64,000 bases of DNA. It comes from Clostridia bacterium. GTDB taxonomy: Bacteria; Bacillota; Clostridia; Christensenellales; CAG-138. The notes under the pieces are model-generated. The model made no database searches, was not told the origin of the DNA, and worked only from the letters and a program-made list of their open reading frames with translations. The stretch is from assembly GCA_017539215.1 (NCBI GenBank), contig JAFYHI010000052.1, positions 17,270 to 81,269 of the forward strand. The letters are read 5' to 3'. A program made the position numbers and the translations under genes. Each line of letters starts with the position of its first letter. The stretch's first letter is position 1. Positions 37,613-46,736 of the stretch are shown piece by piece.

Positions 37613-38305
37613 ATGAAGGATGAATGCTTGATATGTAAAGCTCCGCTGGAGTACCTTGATGCAGATGTTCTCATGGAATGTGAGATCTGCCACAATAAAG
37701 AGAACAGCAAAACAAGGTGTGTGAATGGGCACTATGTTTGCAACGAATGCCATACGCAGGGGCTTGACTCTATAATCGGAAGCTGCATGATTGAAACTTC
37801 AAAGAACCCCATAGCCATTATCGAGAAGATGATGACTATGCCGTTCTGCCATATGCATGGCCCTGAGCATCACGTTATGGTCGGGGCCGCCCTGCTGACG
37901 GCATATAAAAACGCCGGCGGTGATATTGACCTGCACAGCTCTTTGGTCGAAATGATGAATCGTGGGAAGAGAGTTCCGGGCGGTGCCTGCGGATTTTGGG
38001 GAGCATGCGGAGCCGGGATCAGTTCGGGAATGTTCATATCCATTATCTCGAAGTCGACGCCTTTGGCAAAAGAGCCGTTTGCGTTGTCACACAAAATGAC
38101 CGCCAAATCACTCGGACTGATCGGCGAGGTCGGAGGTCCGCGCTGCTGCAAGAGGGATTCATTTCTGTCTATCCTTGCGTCTGTAGATTTTGTGAAGGAT
38201 CACTTTGGCGTTGAAATGGAAAAACCGGAGGTCGTATGCCAATTCTCAGCTCAGAATAATCAGTGCATAGGTAAACGCTGCCCATTTTCCATAGTGAATC
38301 ATTGA
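37613..38305 (+). CDS. Cys-rich putative metal/Fe-S binding protein (resembles DUF5714-type proteins; function unknown)
   Basis: Start MKDECLICKAPLEYL with SD GGAGGA. N-terminal zinc-ribbon-like CxxC...CxxC...CxxC, then GACGFWGACGAG, PRCCKR and CIGKRCPF. GC is lower than in neighbouring genes. Confidence 0.65.
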   Translation: MKDECLICKAPLEYLDADVLMECEICHNKENSKTRCVNGHYVCNECHTQGLDSIIGSCMIETSKNPIAIIEKMMTMPFCHMHGPEHHVMVGAALLTAYKNAGGDIDLHSSLVEMMNRGKRVPGGACGFWGACGAGISSGMFISIISKSTPLAKEPFALSHKMTAKSLGLIGEVGGPRCCKRDSFLSILASVDFVKDHFGVEMEKPEVVCQFSAQNNQCIGKRCPFSIVNH

Positions 38306-38343
38306 AATAAGTTCCCTTTTGGTGAACTTATACAATCGAAAAA

Positions 38344-38384
38344 GAATCAGCGGCGGGGCTTTCGGCCCCGCCGCGTTTTCGTTT
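38344..38384. terminator. bidirectional rho-independent terminator between convergent genes
   Basis: 10-bp stem gcggcggggc / gccccgccgc, loop tttcg. GTTTTCGTTT follows on the plus strand and a T-run on the minus strand. Confidence 0.8.
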
Positions 38385-38389
38385 GCTGC

Positions 38390-40537
38390 TTATCCCTTGT
38401 ACTCGATGCAAAGCATCGTAAGGTCGTCGAACTGTTCCGCAGTTCCCACAAACCCGCCGAGGCTCGTACGGATGTGTTCAAGCAAACCTTCGGGAGACGC
38501 TTCCTTTGCGCTGTTCAGCATTTCAAGCATACGCTCCGTGCCGAGCATATCGTGCCCGTCCGCGCCGCCCATCGCCTCGGGCAGGCCGTCCGTGTAGACG
38601 AACAGTTTGGAACCGGGCTCCATCGTGATCTCGTACTCGCGGTAAGGCACGCCCGCCATGGCGCCCACAACAAGGCCGTGCGGGTCGCGGAACAGCTCAA
38701 AAGCGCCTCCCGGCTTTTTGATGGCGGGGTATTCGTGTCCCGCGTTGGCGGCGGTCAGCCTGCCGGAGGAAAGCTCCAGCACGCCGACCCATACCGTTAC
38801 GAACATCTGCTCCTCGTTGTTGGAGCATATCGCGTCGTTGGCCCGTTTCAGTATTTCGGCGGGCGAAAGACCCATGTTCGCGTAGCTTTGCAGCATTATT
38901 TTGGAGGCCATCATGAACAGCGCCGCGGGCACGCCCTTGCCCGATACGTCGGCGATAACAAGCCCCAGGCGGTCTTCGTCTATCAGGAAGAAGTCGTAAA
39001 AGTCGCCGCCGACCTCCCTTGCGGGATCCATCACGGCGTAGATGTCAAATTCGCTGCGGTTGGGGTATGGCGGGAATATAGTGGGCAGCATGGCCGCCTG
39101 TATGCGGTTTGCAAGCGTCAGCTCGGTGCTTATGCGCTCCCTTTCGGCGGTAATGCTCTCAATATCGCTTATGTAGTTTTTCATTCGTTCGGTCATGGAG
39201 CCGAACGAGTTTGCAAGCATCTGCGTTTCGTCGCCCGTGTCAAGGTCCCACTTAAAGTCAAGATTGTCGCCCTCTATCTCGCCCACGGCCTCGGTAAGCC
39301 TGCGAATGGGCTTTACGATCCTGCGCGAAAGCGCGTACGACGCCACAAGCGCCACCGCCACCGCCGCGGCGCCCAGGCCCAGCAGCAGATATACGGCGTT
39401 CCGTATGTGGCTCCTCGCATTTTGTGAGGCCTGCTCGGTCAGCGAATCGACGCTTTCAAGCAGTTTTTTCGTGGGGGCCTCCACCGCATCACGGGTAAGG
39501 AACACCAGCATAGACCAGCCTACCGTATCCATCGGCGCGTATGAGGCATAGCTCGGCACGCCCTCAATGTTCAGCGTCATAACGCCGGAGCCGCCGTCCG
39601 CGGCCTTTGTCACAAGCTCCGAAAGCTGTGCGTCGCTTGAGCTGCGCAGGTCGTCCGAAGCCTCCGCCGCGGCAAGCACGCCGCTCTCATAGGTCGAAAA
39701 CAGCACCTGTCCGCTGCCGTTTATTATGCAGGCGTTCCCGCTTTCGCCAAGCTTAACGCTTTTTACAAGGTCCTCCATCTCATCAAGGTACATGCCCGCG
39801 CCGGCAACGCCCATAAGCTTACCGTCCGCAAACACGGGCACGCCGCACATTATACCAAGGCGCGGCGTGTGCGCGTCCTTCGTTACGGGGGTAAAGAACG
39901 GCTTGCCCGTTACGGCTGCGCCGACGTACCACGGGCGCTGCCTGGCCTCAAGCGGCATGAGCGCGCCGTTCTCGTCGAATTTCTTGCCGGAGATATAGTC
40001 CGCCTGCACCATGAAGCCCGATTCGGCAGCAAAGTAAATCGACGCGATATTGTCCGTGTGTTCGTTCACCGCCATAAGCACGTCCTGCACGTTGCCTATC
40101 AGCCCAAGCTCGGCGATAATACCCGGGTCGTCGGGGTCGGCCTCTGCGGAGTACAGCACCTGCACCGAAAGCTTGCCGTCGTTTGCGGGGTCGGGCAGGG
40201 GAACCGGCCTTGCGGAGTACGCGTCGGGGTCGGCATAAATGCTCTCCGCAACCGAGGCCACCGTTACGACGCCGCGCCGATAGTCCGAAAAGATCCCATC
40301 GGCTATATCCGCCTTCTCTGCCGCAAGCTCAAGAAGACGGTTCTGCGACTGTTCTGACATATAGTCAGATGAAGCCCTGCCGATAGTGTCGCTCAGGTTT
40401 TCATTGGACGATGAGAGCGTTTCAGATGCGTTCCTGACCGTCAGCGCAAATATCCCCGCCGCCGCCAGCAGCATGACGATAACGAGTATCACCATGGCAA
40501 AGAGTATCTTTGTCCCGAGGGACCGTGGTTTTTCCAT
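38390..40537 (-). CDS. membrane sensor phosphatase: TM - Cache-like extracytoplasmic domain - TM - HAMP - PP2C/SpoIIE-type serine phosphatase
   Basis: 715 aa. Two TM helices bracket a periplasmic-type domain of about 330 aa. A HAMP-like segment (RRIVKPIRRLTEAVGEI) follows. The C-terminal PP2C motifs are EVGGDFYDF, VIADVSGKGVPAAL, AANAGHEYP and TDGLPEA. Confidence 0.85.
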   Translation of the reverse strand: MEKPRSLGTKILFAMVILVIVMLLAAAGIFALTVRNASETLSSSNENLSDTIGRASSDYMSEQSQNRLLELAAEKADIADGIFSDYRRGVVTVASVAESIYADPDAYSARPVPLPDPANDGKLSVQVLYSAEADPDDPGIIAELGLIGNVQDVLMAVNEHTDNIASIYFAAESGFMVQADYISGKKFDENGALMPLEARQRPWYVGAAVTGKPFFTPVTKDAHTPRLGIMCGVPVFADGKLMGVAGAGMYLDEMEDLVKSVKLGESGNACIINGSGQVLFSTYESGVLAAAEASDDLRSSSDAQLSELVTKAADGGSGVMTLNIEGVPSYASYAPMDTVGWSMLVFLTRDAVEAPTKKLLESVDSLTEQASQNARSHIRNAVYLLLGLGAAAVAVALVASYALSRRIVKPIRRLTEAVGEIEGDNLDFKWDLDTGDETQMLANSFGSMTERMKNYISDIESITAERERISTELTLANRIQAAMLPTIFPPYPNRSEFDIYAVMDPAREVGGDFYDFFLIDEDRLGLVIADVSGKGVPAALFMMASKIMLQSYANMGLSPAEILKRANDAICSNNEEQMFVTVWVGVLELSSGRLTAANAGHEYPAIKKPGGAFELFRDPHGLVVGAMAGVPYREYEITMEPGSKLFVYTDGLPEAMGGADGHDMLGTERMLEMLNSAKEASPEGLLEHIRTSLGGFVGTAEQFDDLTMLCIEYKG

Positions 40538-40658
40538 GCTCAGTACCTGTTTCGTTTATTTTCATATAATTATAGCAAATCCCGCCGCAATAGTAAACAG
40601 CGCGGCCGGAAAAAGATATATTTGTATTGCAGAGGAGCGTGCGGCCCGCAAGCGGCAC

Positions 40659-40687
40659 TTGACCCGCGCACGCGAATCCTATATAAT
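40659..40687 (+). promoter_or_regulatory. predicted SigA promoter
   Basis: TTGACC (40659-40664), 17 nt, TATAAT (40682-40687). Confidence 0.6.
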
Positions 40688-40712
40688 ATGAAAAAACCAA
40701 AGGAGCAGTCAA

Positions 40713-41465
40713 ATGAAAAGCAGGTTTTCAAAGGTATTTTCGGCGCTGATCGCGGCGCTTTTGGCGCTTGTGCTGCCCTCCGCGGGGCTTGCGGACGGCG
40801 ACCTGCCCGCCGTCGGGCAGGATATTTCCGGCTTTACCTCCGTCACGTTTGAGGGGGAGCCGGTCGACGGCGGCATATTTGCGGAGTCCGACCTTACCGT
40901 CATCAACATATGGCAGCGCTGGTGCGGCCCCTGCTGGGTGGAGCTGCCCGCGTTCAAACAGCTTCACGAATACTGCTCTTCCACTCCCGAAAGCGACGTC
41001 GCCGTATGGGGCGCGCTCTATTACGGCGACAATGTCAGTCAGATACAGGAGGCGGTGGATTACGTCGCCGAGTACGGCTATAACTGGAACCATATGCTCC
41101 TTTGCGAAACGATAGAGCAGGCCGTTGCCGAGGAAGGGGGCTTATTCAAGGTGCCCCAGACGCTTTTCGTGGACAGGTACGGCATAGTCCGAATGCAGGT
41201 CCTCGGCAAGATAGAAACGTTTGAGGAGCTTTACGGTATGACCTTTGAGCTTTTGGAGGAGCTTCGCACCGAGTACTATGCCAATACCGGCGACGTGAAC
41301 GGCAGCGGCAGCGTGGATACGGCGGACGCCCTGCTTGCCATGCGCTATGCCATGAACCTTGCGGAGCTTACCCCGGGCGCCGTCACGCGCGGGGACGTCA
41401 ACCGCGACGGACGGCTTGATACCGCGGACTCCATGCTCATAATGCGCATCGGCCTGGGTATGTGA
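40713..41465 (+). CDS. secreted TlpA/ResA-like thioredoxin-fold protein fused to a type I dockerin
   Basis: Signal peptide MKSRFSKVFSALIAALLALVLPSAGLA. Redoxin core with WCGPC (INIWQRWCGPCWVELP). C-terminal dockerin duplicated loops GDVNGSGSVDTADALLAMRY and GDVNRDGRLDTADSMLIMRI. SD AAAGGAG. Confidence 0.85.
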   Translation: MKSRFSKVFSALIAALLALVLPSAGLADGDLPAVGQDISGFTSVTFEGEPVDGGIFAESDLTVINIWQRWCGPCWVELPAFKQLHEYCSSTPESDVAVWGALYYGDNVSQIQEAVDYVAEYGYNWNHMLLCETIEQAVAEEGGLFKVPQTLFVDRYGIVRMQVLGKIETFEELYGMTFELLEELRTEYYANTGDVNGSGSVDTADALLAMRYAMNLAELTPGAVTRGDVNRDGRLDTADSMLIMRIGLGM

Positions 41466-41511
41466 GTTTGGGGCAAAAACGATACTTTTTGCTCCGATTT
41501 CAAAAATCCTC

Positions 41512-41540
41512 TTGAATTATTCGCGCAAATGCTATATTAT
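41512..41540 (+). promoter_or_regulatory. predicted SigA promoter of the aquaporin gene
   Basis: TTGAAT (41512-41517), 17 nt, TATTAT (41535-41540). Confidence 0.5.
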
Positions 41541-41569
41541 ATGGGTACTACCTATAAGGAGGGAATCAT

Positions 41570-42268
41570 ATGTTCAAAAAGATCGTCGCCGAGTTCTTCG
41601 GCACACTGTTCCTCGTCTTCTTCGCCTGCGGCATCGCCAGCGTTGCCTGCAGCGGCGCGGAGGGCGCTCTGCTCAACTTCGTCATAGCTGCCGGCTTTGG
41701 CCTTGCGCTCATCGCCTGCATCTACACCATTGGCTACGTTTCCGGTTCTCACGTTAACCCCGCCGTCTCCATCGCCATGCTGATCGACGGCCGTATGGGC
41801 TTTGGTGAGTTCATCGGTTACGTCATCGCCCAGTTCCTTGGCGCCACCGCCGGCGCCGCCCTGCTTTGGGCCGTTGCCGGCAAGGATTGCTCCCTTGCCA
41901 CCAATGCTCTTCAGACCCTGCCCGAGGCTCTCGGCGGCGGTCAGGTCTCCGTCCTCGTCGGCATCATCGTCGAGGTCGTCCTCACCTGCATGTTCGTTTA
42001 CACCGTAATGGCCACCACCGCCAAGCCCGACTTCCACGGTGCGGGCATCGTAAACGGCTTTGTGCTTGCTCTTGTACATATTCTGGGCGTGTCCTTCACC
42101 GGCACCTCCGTCAACCCCGCCAGGACCTTCGGTCCCGCCATCATCAAGCTCATCCAGGGCGACGGCGCGGCTATGGCCCAGTACTGGATCTTCCTCGTTG
42201 CTCCTCTCTGCGGCGGTATCATTGCCGCGATACTTTACAGGATACTGAACAGGGCCAAGGAAGCCTGA
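41570..42268 (+). CDS. aqpZ: MIP-family aquaporin (AqpZ-like)
   Basis: 232 aa, six TM helices, two NPA boxes (SGSHVNPAVS and GTSVNPARTFG). SD TAAGGAGGG. Confidence 0.9.
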   Translation: MFKKIVAEFFGTLFLVFFACGIASVACSGAEGALLNFVIAAGFGLALIACIYTIGYVSGSHVNPAVSIAMLIDGRMGFGEFIGYVIAQFLGATAGAALLWAVAGKDCSLATNALQTLPEALGGGQVSVLVGIIVEVVLTCMFVYTVMATTAKPDFHGAGIVNGFVLALVHILGVSFTGTSVNPARTFGPAIIKLIQGDGAAMAQYWIFLVAPLCGGIIAAILYRILNRAKEA

Positions 42269-42283
42269 GTTTATTGACCGACC

Positions 42284-42310
42284 GGGGGCGCAAGCCCCCT
42301 TTTTATTTTC
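42284..42310 (+). terminator. rho-independent terminator
   Basis: Stem gggggc / gccccc, loop gcaa, then TTTTTATTTT. Confidence 0.8.
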
Positions 42311-42345
42311 GCCGGAATGTGTTATAATGGTAAACGGATAAACTC

Positions 42346-43626
42346 GTGAAAGGACGCAAAGCCTTGAAAAAGCGTTTTCGCAGGAAAAGATACAAGGGCC
42401 GCCGCAGCTCGCTGTCAGCCAGCAACTGGGGCCCCATAGTCAAGCTGCTGCTTACCGTCGTCGGTACGCTTGCGGGCCTGGCGCTTTTGGCGCTTGCCGT
42501 CATGGTTGTGCTGGAGGCCGTTTTCCACATAGACACGCCTCTTCCGCCGGACGGCATTGTGGCAAAGGCGGCAAAGCTCTTTTCGCACGGCGACGACGTG
42601 CTTGTCACGTCGCCCACGCCGTACTACACGCCGGAGCCCACGCCCACGCCTCACCCCATGGATGAGTACGACGCTGAGGGCAGCGAGCGCGAGGTGGTCA
42701 TTCCCGCCGATATGCAGTACTACTGGTTCGGCGACCCCACATACAATAACGGCAAAATGCTGTTTACGGGCGGCAGGATAGTGGGGGACAACGTGCAGAT
42801 GTGCGGCCTTCTGGAATACGACCCCGAAGTGGGCGCCGTGAAGGAGCTGCCTGTCAAGCTCACAAACACGCACTTCATATATCCCGTGTTCAACGATGAG
42901 TGGCTCGTCTACCTTGACGCCAACAAAAAGGGCGGCGGCAATATCTGCGCCGTCCGCATGGATGACCTCGGCAGCACGCCCGCGGTCGTCAAGACCGTTT
43001 ACGTCGGTCAGCCCGAGATACGCCTGGACGGGCACTATATCTCGTGGGTCGAGCGCACGGGTACCAACCGCGACAAGCTCTTCGTCTGCGACCTTGAGAC
43101 CATGGAGACCGCCATCGTTGCGCAGTTCTCGTCCTCGTCCTACGGCACGAGTGCGCCCTATATGTCGGACGGCACGCTGATATGGGCCGCCGAGGGCACC
43201 GAACGATATGAGGACGGCCGCGTTTCCGGCGTGATAAAACACATCGACCTTGAAAGCTCCGCCATCCGCGATATCTCCGTGGATACCTACGTCCACGATC
43301 CGGAGTATAACGGCAGATATTACGCGTGGCTCGACGCGCACCACAGCGAGAACTCCACGCTTTACGTTGCGCAGGCCGCCGAGGGCAATACGCTCACGCC
43401 CGTAAGGGCGGCGGAGGGCGTCGTTGATTTCTTCATCGACGAAAACTTTATTGCCTACAGCGTGGATGAGGTCATTTACGTCTACATGTTCAATTCGGGC
43501 GAAAGCTATCGCATCACCCCCGAAAGGGAGCTGGCTCAGCTTCTTGGCGCAGGCGACGGATACGTCATGTGGATGGACGTCACCACGCGTGAGCGCGACG
43601 TGCTGAAATACGCCCGCATAGGCTGA
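42346..43626 (+). CDS. membrane-anchored protein with repetitive beta-propeller-like extracytoplasmic domain (function unknown)
   Basis: GTG start, basic N-terminus, one TM helix (LLLTVVGTLAGLALLALAVMVVL), a TPEPTPTP linker, then about 6 recurring strand motifs (…YISWVE…, …TLIWAAE…, …YYAWLD…, …FIAYSVD…, …YVMWMD…). Confidence 0.6.
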   Translation: MKGRKALKKRFRRKRYKGRRSSLSASNWGPIVKLLLTVVGTLAGLALLALAVMVVLEAVFHIDTPLPPDGIVAKAAKLFSHGDDVLVTSPTPYYTPEPTPTPHPMDEYDAEGSEREVVIPADMQYYWFGDPTYNNGKMLFTGGRIVGDNVQMCGLLEYDPEVGAVKELPVKLTNTHFIYPVFNDEWLVYLDANKKGGGNICAVRMDDLGSTPAVVKTVYVGQPEIRLDGHYISWVERTGTNRDKLFVCDLETMETAIVAQFSSSSYGTSAPYMSDGTLIWAAEGTERYEDGRVSGVIKHIDLESSAIRDISVDTYVHDPEYNGRYYAWLDAHHSENSTLYVAQAAEGNTLTPVRAAEGVVDFFIDENFIAYSVDEVIYVYMFNSGESYRITPERELAQLLGAGDGYVMWMDVTTRERDVLKYARIG

Positions 43627-43638
43627 TCGGGGGGCTGC

Positions 43639-44973
43639 ATGGCAAAGGAAAAGACCAAATTCGTCTGCGGCGAGTGCGGGCATGAGACCGCAAAGTGGTT
43701 CGGCCGCTGCCCCTCCTGCGGCAGTTGGAACACCCTTGTCGAAACGGCGGTCACCGCGCCGGACAGGCGTGCCAAAGTCATAACCGGTTCCGGCGCCGTG
43801 CGCCTGTCGAACGTGGAGGGCAGGGACGCCGCAAGGACCAAGACCCGCATAGGCGAGCTTGACCGCGTGCTGGGCGGCGGCATCGTTGCAGGCTCCGTCA
43901 TACTGATAGGCGGAGACCCGGGCATAGGCAAAAGCACGCTGCTGATGCAGGCGGCAGGCAACCTCCTTTCCGAGGCCGCCGTGCTGTACGTCTCGGGCGA
44001 GGAATCCAAGGCTCAGCTCAAGCTCCGCGCCGAAAGGTGCGGCGTGCCCGGGGAGCTGCTCGTTATGACCGAGACCTCCGTCTCCGCAATAGAGGCGGAG
44101 GTGGAGCGCGTCAAGCCCGCGTTCCTCATGATCGACAGCATCCAGACGATGGTTGCGGCGGAGGTCGCGTCCGCGGCGGGTTCCGTCACCCAGATAAGGG
44201 AGGTCACGGCGGCGTTAACGCGCATTGCAAAGGTTACGGGCTGTGCGGTGTTCATAGTGGGCCACGTCACCAAGGAGGGCGCGATCGCCGGTCCGCGCAT
44301 GCTTGAACATATGGTGGATACCGTGCTGTACTTCGAAGGCGACAGGCACGATGCGTTCCGCCTGCTGCGCGCGGTGAAAAACCGCTTCGGCTCCACCAAC
44401 GAGATAGGCATTTTCGAAATGCGCGGCGACGGCATGGCAGAGGTCTCTGACCCTTCCAATATGTTCCTGTCCGGCACGAACGACACGGGCTGCGCCGTCA
44501 CCTGCATCATGGAGGGCAACCGCCCGATACTCGTTGAGGTGCAGTCGCTGCTTGCCTCGTCGGTTTACGCCAACCCCCGGCGCATGGCGGCAGGCATGGA
44601 CAACAACCGCCTTATGCTGCTGCTTGCCGTGCTTGAAAGGCGCGCGGGCGTGCGCGCGGGCGATAAGGACGTTTACACCAATGCGGTGGGCGGCATAAAG
44701 GTTGACGACCGCGGGGCGGATCTTGCGATAGCCCTTGCGGTGGCGGGCTCTGTGTTTGACAAACGCCTGCCGGAGCTAACCGCCGTGATAGGCGAGGTAT
44801 CTTTGACCGGCGAGGTGCGCCCGGTCGATAGGATGTCTAGCCGTGCCGCCGAATGCGCGCGCCGCGGGTTCACCACGCTGATCGCCCCGTATTCAAGGAG
44901 CCTTCAGGCCGTGGACGGGCTGAAGGTCGTCACCGTTCGCAATCTGCGCGAGGCGATGGGCAAGCTCGTATAG
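43639..44973 (+). CDS. radA: DNA repair protein RadA (Sms)
   Basis: N-terminal zinc finger FVCGECGHETAKWFGRCPSCGSWNT, Walker A GGDPGIGKST, KNRFG motif, and a Lon-like C-terminal domain. Confidence 0.95.
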   Translation: MAKEKTKFVCGECGHETAKWFGRCPSCGSWNTLVETAVTAPDRRAKVITGSGAVRLSNVEGRDAARTKTRIGELDRVLGGGIVAGSVILIGGDPGIGKSTLLMQAAGNLLSEAAVLYVSGEESKAQLKLRAERCGVPGELLVMTETSVSAIEAEVERVKPAFLMIDSIQTMVAAEVASAAGSVTQIREVTAALTRIAKVTGCAVFIVGHVTKEGAIAGPRMLEHMVDTVLYFEGDRHDAFRLLRAVKNRFGSTNEIGIFEMRGDGMAEVSDPSNMFLSGTNDTGCAVTCIMEGNRPILVEVQSLLASSVYANPRRMAAGMDNNRLMLLLAVLERRAGVRAGDKDVYTNAVGGIKVDDRGADLAIALAVAGSVFDKRLPELTAVIGEVSLTGEVRPVDRMSSRAAECARRGFTTLIAPYSRSLQAVDGLKVVTVRNLREAMGKLV

Positions 44974-45045
44974 CATCCGAACAAAGCTCCTCTCATATAA
45001 TACCACAGGCGTATTGCCTCAATGTATTTTGTGGGAGGTTTTTTT

Positions 45046-45300
45046 ATGGCGCAAACTACGTATTCCGAGCTTAAGCGCAAGGAGATAATCAACGTTTGCG
45101 ACGGAGCGCGGCTCGGCTGCATATCGGACCTGGAGCTTGACGACTGCACGGGGCTCATCAGCGCGATAGTCGTGCCCGGCGCAGCGCGGTTTCTGGGGCT
45201 GTTCCGCGGCCCGGAGGAGCTCGTCATACCCTACTGCCGCATAGAGAAGATAGGCGACGACGTGATACTCGTCCGCGTTGAGAACGCACCGGTAAAATAA
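45046..45300 (+). CDS. YlmC/YmxH-family sporulation protein (PRC-barrel)
   Basis: 84 aa. SELKRKEIINVCDGARLGCISDLELD...IVVPG...VIPYCRIEKIGDDVILV matches the YlmC/YmxH pattern. SD GGGAGG. Confidence 0.85.
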   Translation: MAQTTYSELKRKEIINVCDGARLGCISDLELDDCTGLISAIVVPGAARFLGLFRGPEELVIPYCRIEKIGDDVILVRVENAPVK

Positions 45301-45371
45301 AAAATACATCTGGCTTTTTTCAGACGGGTGTGGTACAATATGTTGAGATGCTATGAAAGGAAGTATGCCAC

Positions 45372-45836
45372 ATGAAGTGCAGATACTGCCAATGTACCGA
45401 CAGCCGGGTCATCGACTCCCGCCCGACGGAGGACGGCACCGCCATTCGCCGCCGCCGCGAGTGCACCAATTGCGGAAGAAGGTTCACCACCTATGAAAAG
45501 GTCGAGGAGATGCCCATAATCGTCGTCAAGCGCGACGGCACAAGGGAGAACTTCGACAGCAACAAGATACTGCGCTGGGTGCGCAAATCGTGTGAAAAGC
45601 GCCCCGTCTCCGCCGCCGCCATGGACGCGCTCGTGGAGGACGTCGAAAGGGAGATAAACAATTCGCTGGAGCAGGAGGTCACGACCATCCGCATAGGCGA
45701 GCTTGTCATGAGCAAGCTCAAGGACCTTGACGAGGTCGCGTACGTTCGCTTTGCGTCGGTGTACCGCTCCTTCAAGGATATCAATACCTTTATGGAGGAG
45801 CTGAAGCTCCTTCTGGGTGACAAGGATGTCAAATAA
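45372..45836 (+). CDS. nrdR: transcriptional repressor NrdR
   Basis: MKCRYCQCTDSRVIDSRPTEDGTAIRRRRECTNCGRRFTTYE: zinc ribbon plus ATP-cone. Confidence 0.95.
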   Translation: MKCRYCQCTDSRVIDSRPTEDGTAIRRRRECTNCGRRFTTYEKVEEMPIIVVKRDGTRENFDSNKILRWVRKSCEKRPVSAAAMDALVEDVEREINNSLEQEVTTIRIGELVMSKLKDLDEVAYVRFASVYRSFKDINTFMEELKLLLGDKDVK

Positions 45837-46677
45837 CGCAGCCGCGCTTTTAAGCGCCGTTCGCCGCGACGCCGTCGTAAGGCATGAGGGCGGTGTGGGG
45901 GTCGTTATGTCCGAAAGGCTCCTGGCGGAGCCCGGGCTCAGGCACGGCTTCACAACGAGGCTCGGCGGGGTCAGCGAAGCCCCGTTTGACAGCCTCAACC
46001 TCGGCACCAACCGCCCCGAACCTTATGAAAACATACTTGAAAACTACCGCAGGCTGTGCGTAAACTACGGGCTCCGGCTTGAAAGGCTTGCGATAGTGCG
46101 GCACGAGCACGGCGTCAACATATTAAAGCTCGGCCCGGAGGACGCGGGCCGCGGCGTCACGCGGGAGCCGTTCGACTTCTGCGACGGGCTCGTTACGGAT
46201 TCTCCGCTCGTCACGCTCGTCACCGCCCATGCCGACTGCAGCGCGTTCTTCGTGTACGACGGGCGCACGCGCTCCATCGGCCTTGCCCACGCCGGGTGGA
46301 AGGGCATGTTTGGCAGGATTGGCCAAAAGCTCGTCGAAAGGCTTTCGCTCGAATACGGCGCCGACCCAAAGGATATGGTATGCGCCATTGGCCCCTGCAT
46401 CTGCGAAAACTGCTTCGAGGTCGATCTTCCGCTTGCGGAGAGCTTCGCGCGGGAGTTCGACTGTCCGGATATCTATTCCGTGCGTGAGGGCAGGCCGGGC
46501 AAGGCATACGTTGCCCTGCGCGCCGCCGCCGTCATTCAGCTTATGGACGCCGGAGTGCCGTTTGACAGCATCAGCGTTATGGATCACTGCACATTCGAGG
46601 AGCCGGAGCTTTTCTTCTCCTATAGGCGCGACGGCAAGGGCACGGGCGCAATGGCGGGCTTCATGACGCTCGATTAA
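45826..46677 (+). CDS. pgeF: peptidoglycan editing factor PgeF (YfiH/laccase-domain family)
   Basis: RHGFTTRLGGVSEAPFDSLNLG, TAHADC, HAGWKG and CIC-type motif (GPCICENCFEV). The start is ambiguous (GTG 45817 or ATG 45826) and overlaps the nrdR end. Confidence 0.85.
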   Translation: MSNNAAALLSAVRRDAVVRHEGGVGVVMSERLLAEPGLRHGFTTRLGGVSEAPFDSLNLGTNRPEPYENILENYRRLCVNYGLRLERLAIVRHEHGVNILKLGPEDAGRGVTREPFDFCDGLVTDSPLVTLVTAHADCSAFFVYDGRTRSIGLAHAGWKGMFGRIGQKLVERLSLEYGADPKDMVCAIGPCICENCFEVDLPLAESFAREFDCPDIYSVREGRPGKAYVALRAAAVIQLMDAGVPFDSISVMDHCTFEEPELFFSYRRDGKGTGAMAGFMTLD

Positions 46678-46694
46678 CGGAATAAATCCCTTCT

Positions 46695-46736
46695 CCCTGC
46701 AAAGAATATCCACATTCTTTGCAGGGAGGTTTTTTT
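46695..46736 (+). terminator. strong terminator hairpin whose 3' arm and U-tract contain the SD of the next ORF
   Basis: 13-bp perfect stem ccctgcaaagaat / attctttgcaggg, loop atccac, then AGGTTTTTTT immediately followed by ATG 46737. The SD GGGAGG is partly inside the stem. Confidence 0.7.

Noticed and set aside
37304-38390. Integrated mobile element or prophage remnant at tRNA-Thr
   Set aside because: There is no integrase, recombinase, transposase or phage-like gene. I could find no direct repeat of the tRNA 3' end. Only the compositional shift and the position are suggestive, so this is reported as a low-confidence observation rather than a mobile_element feature.
45301-45371. NrdR box upstream of nrdR (GTACAATATGTTG)
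   Set aside because: The segment is not a good palindrome and matches the 16-bp NrdR-box consensus poorly. It more likely contains just a TACAAT -10 element.
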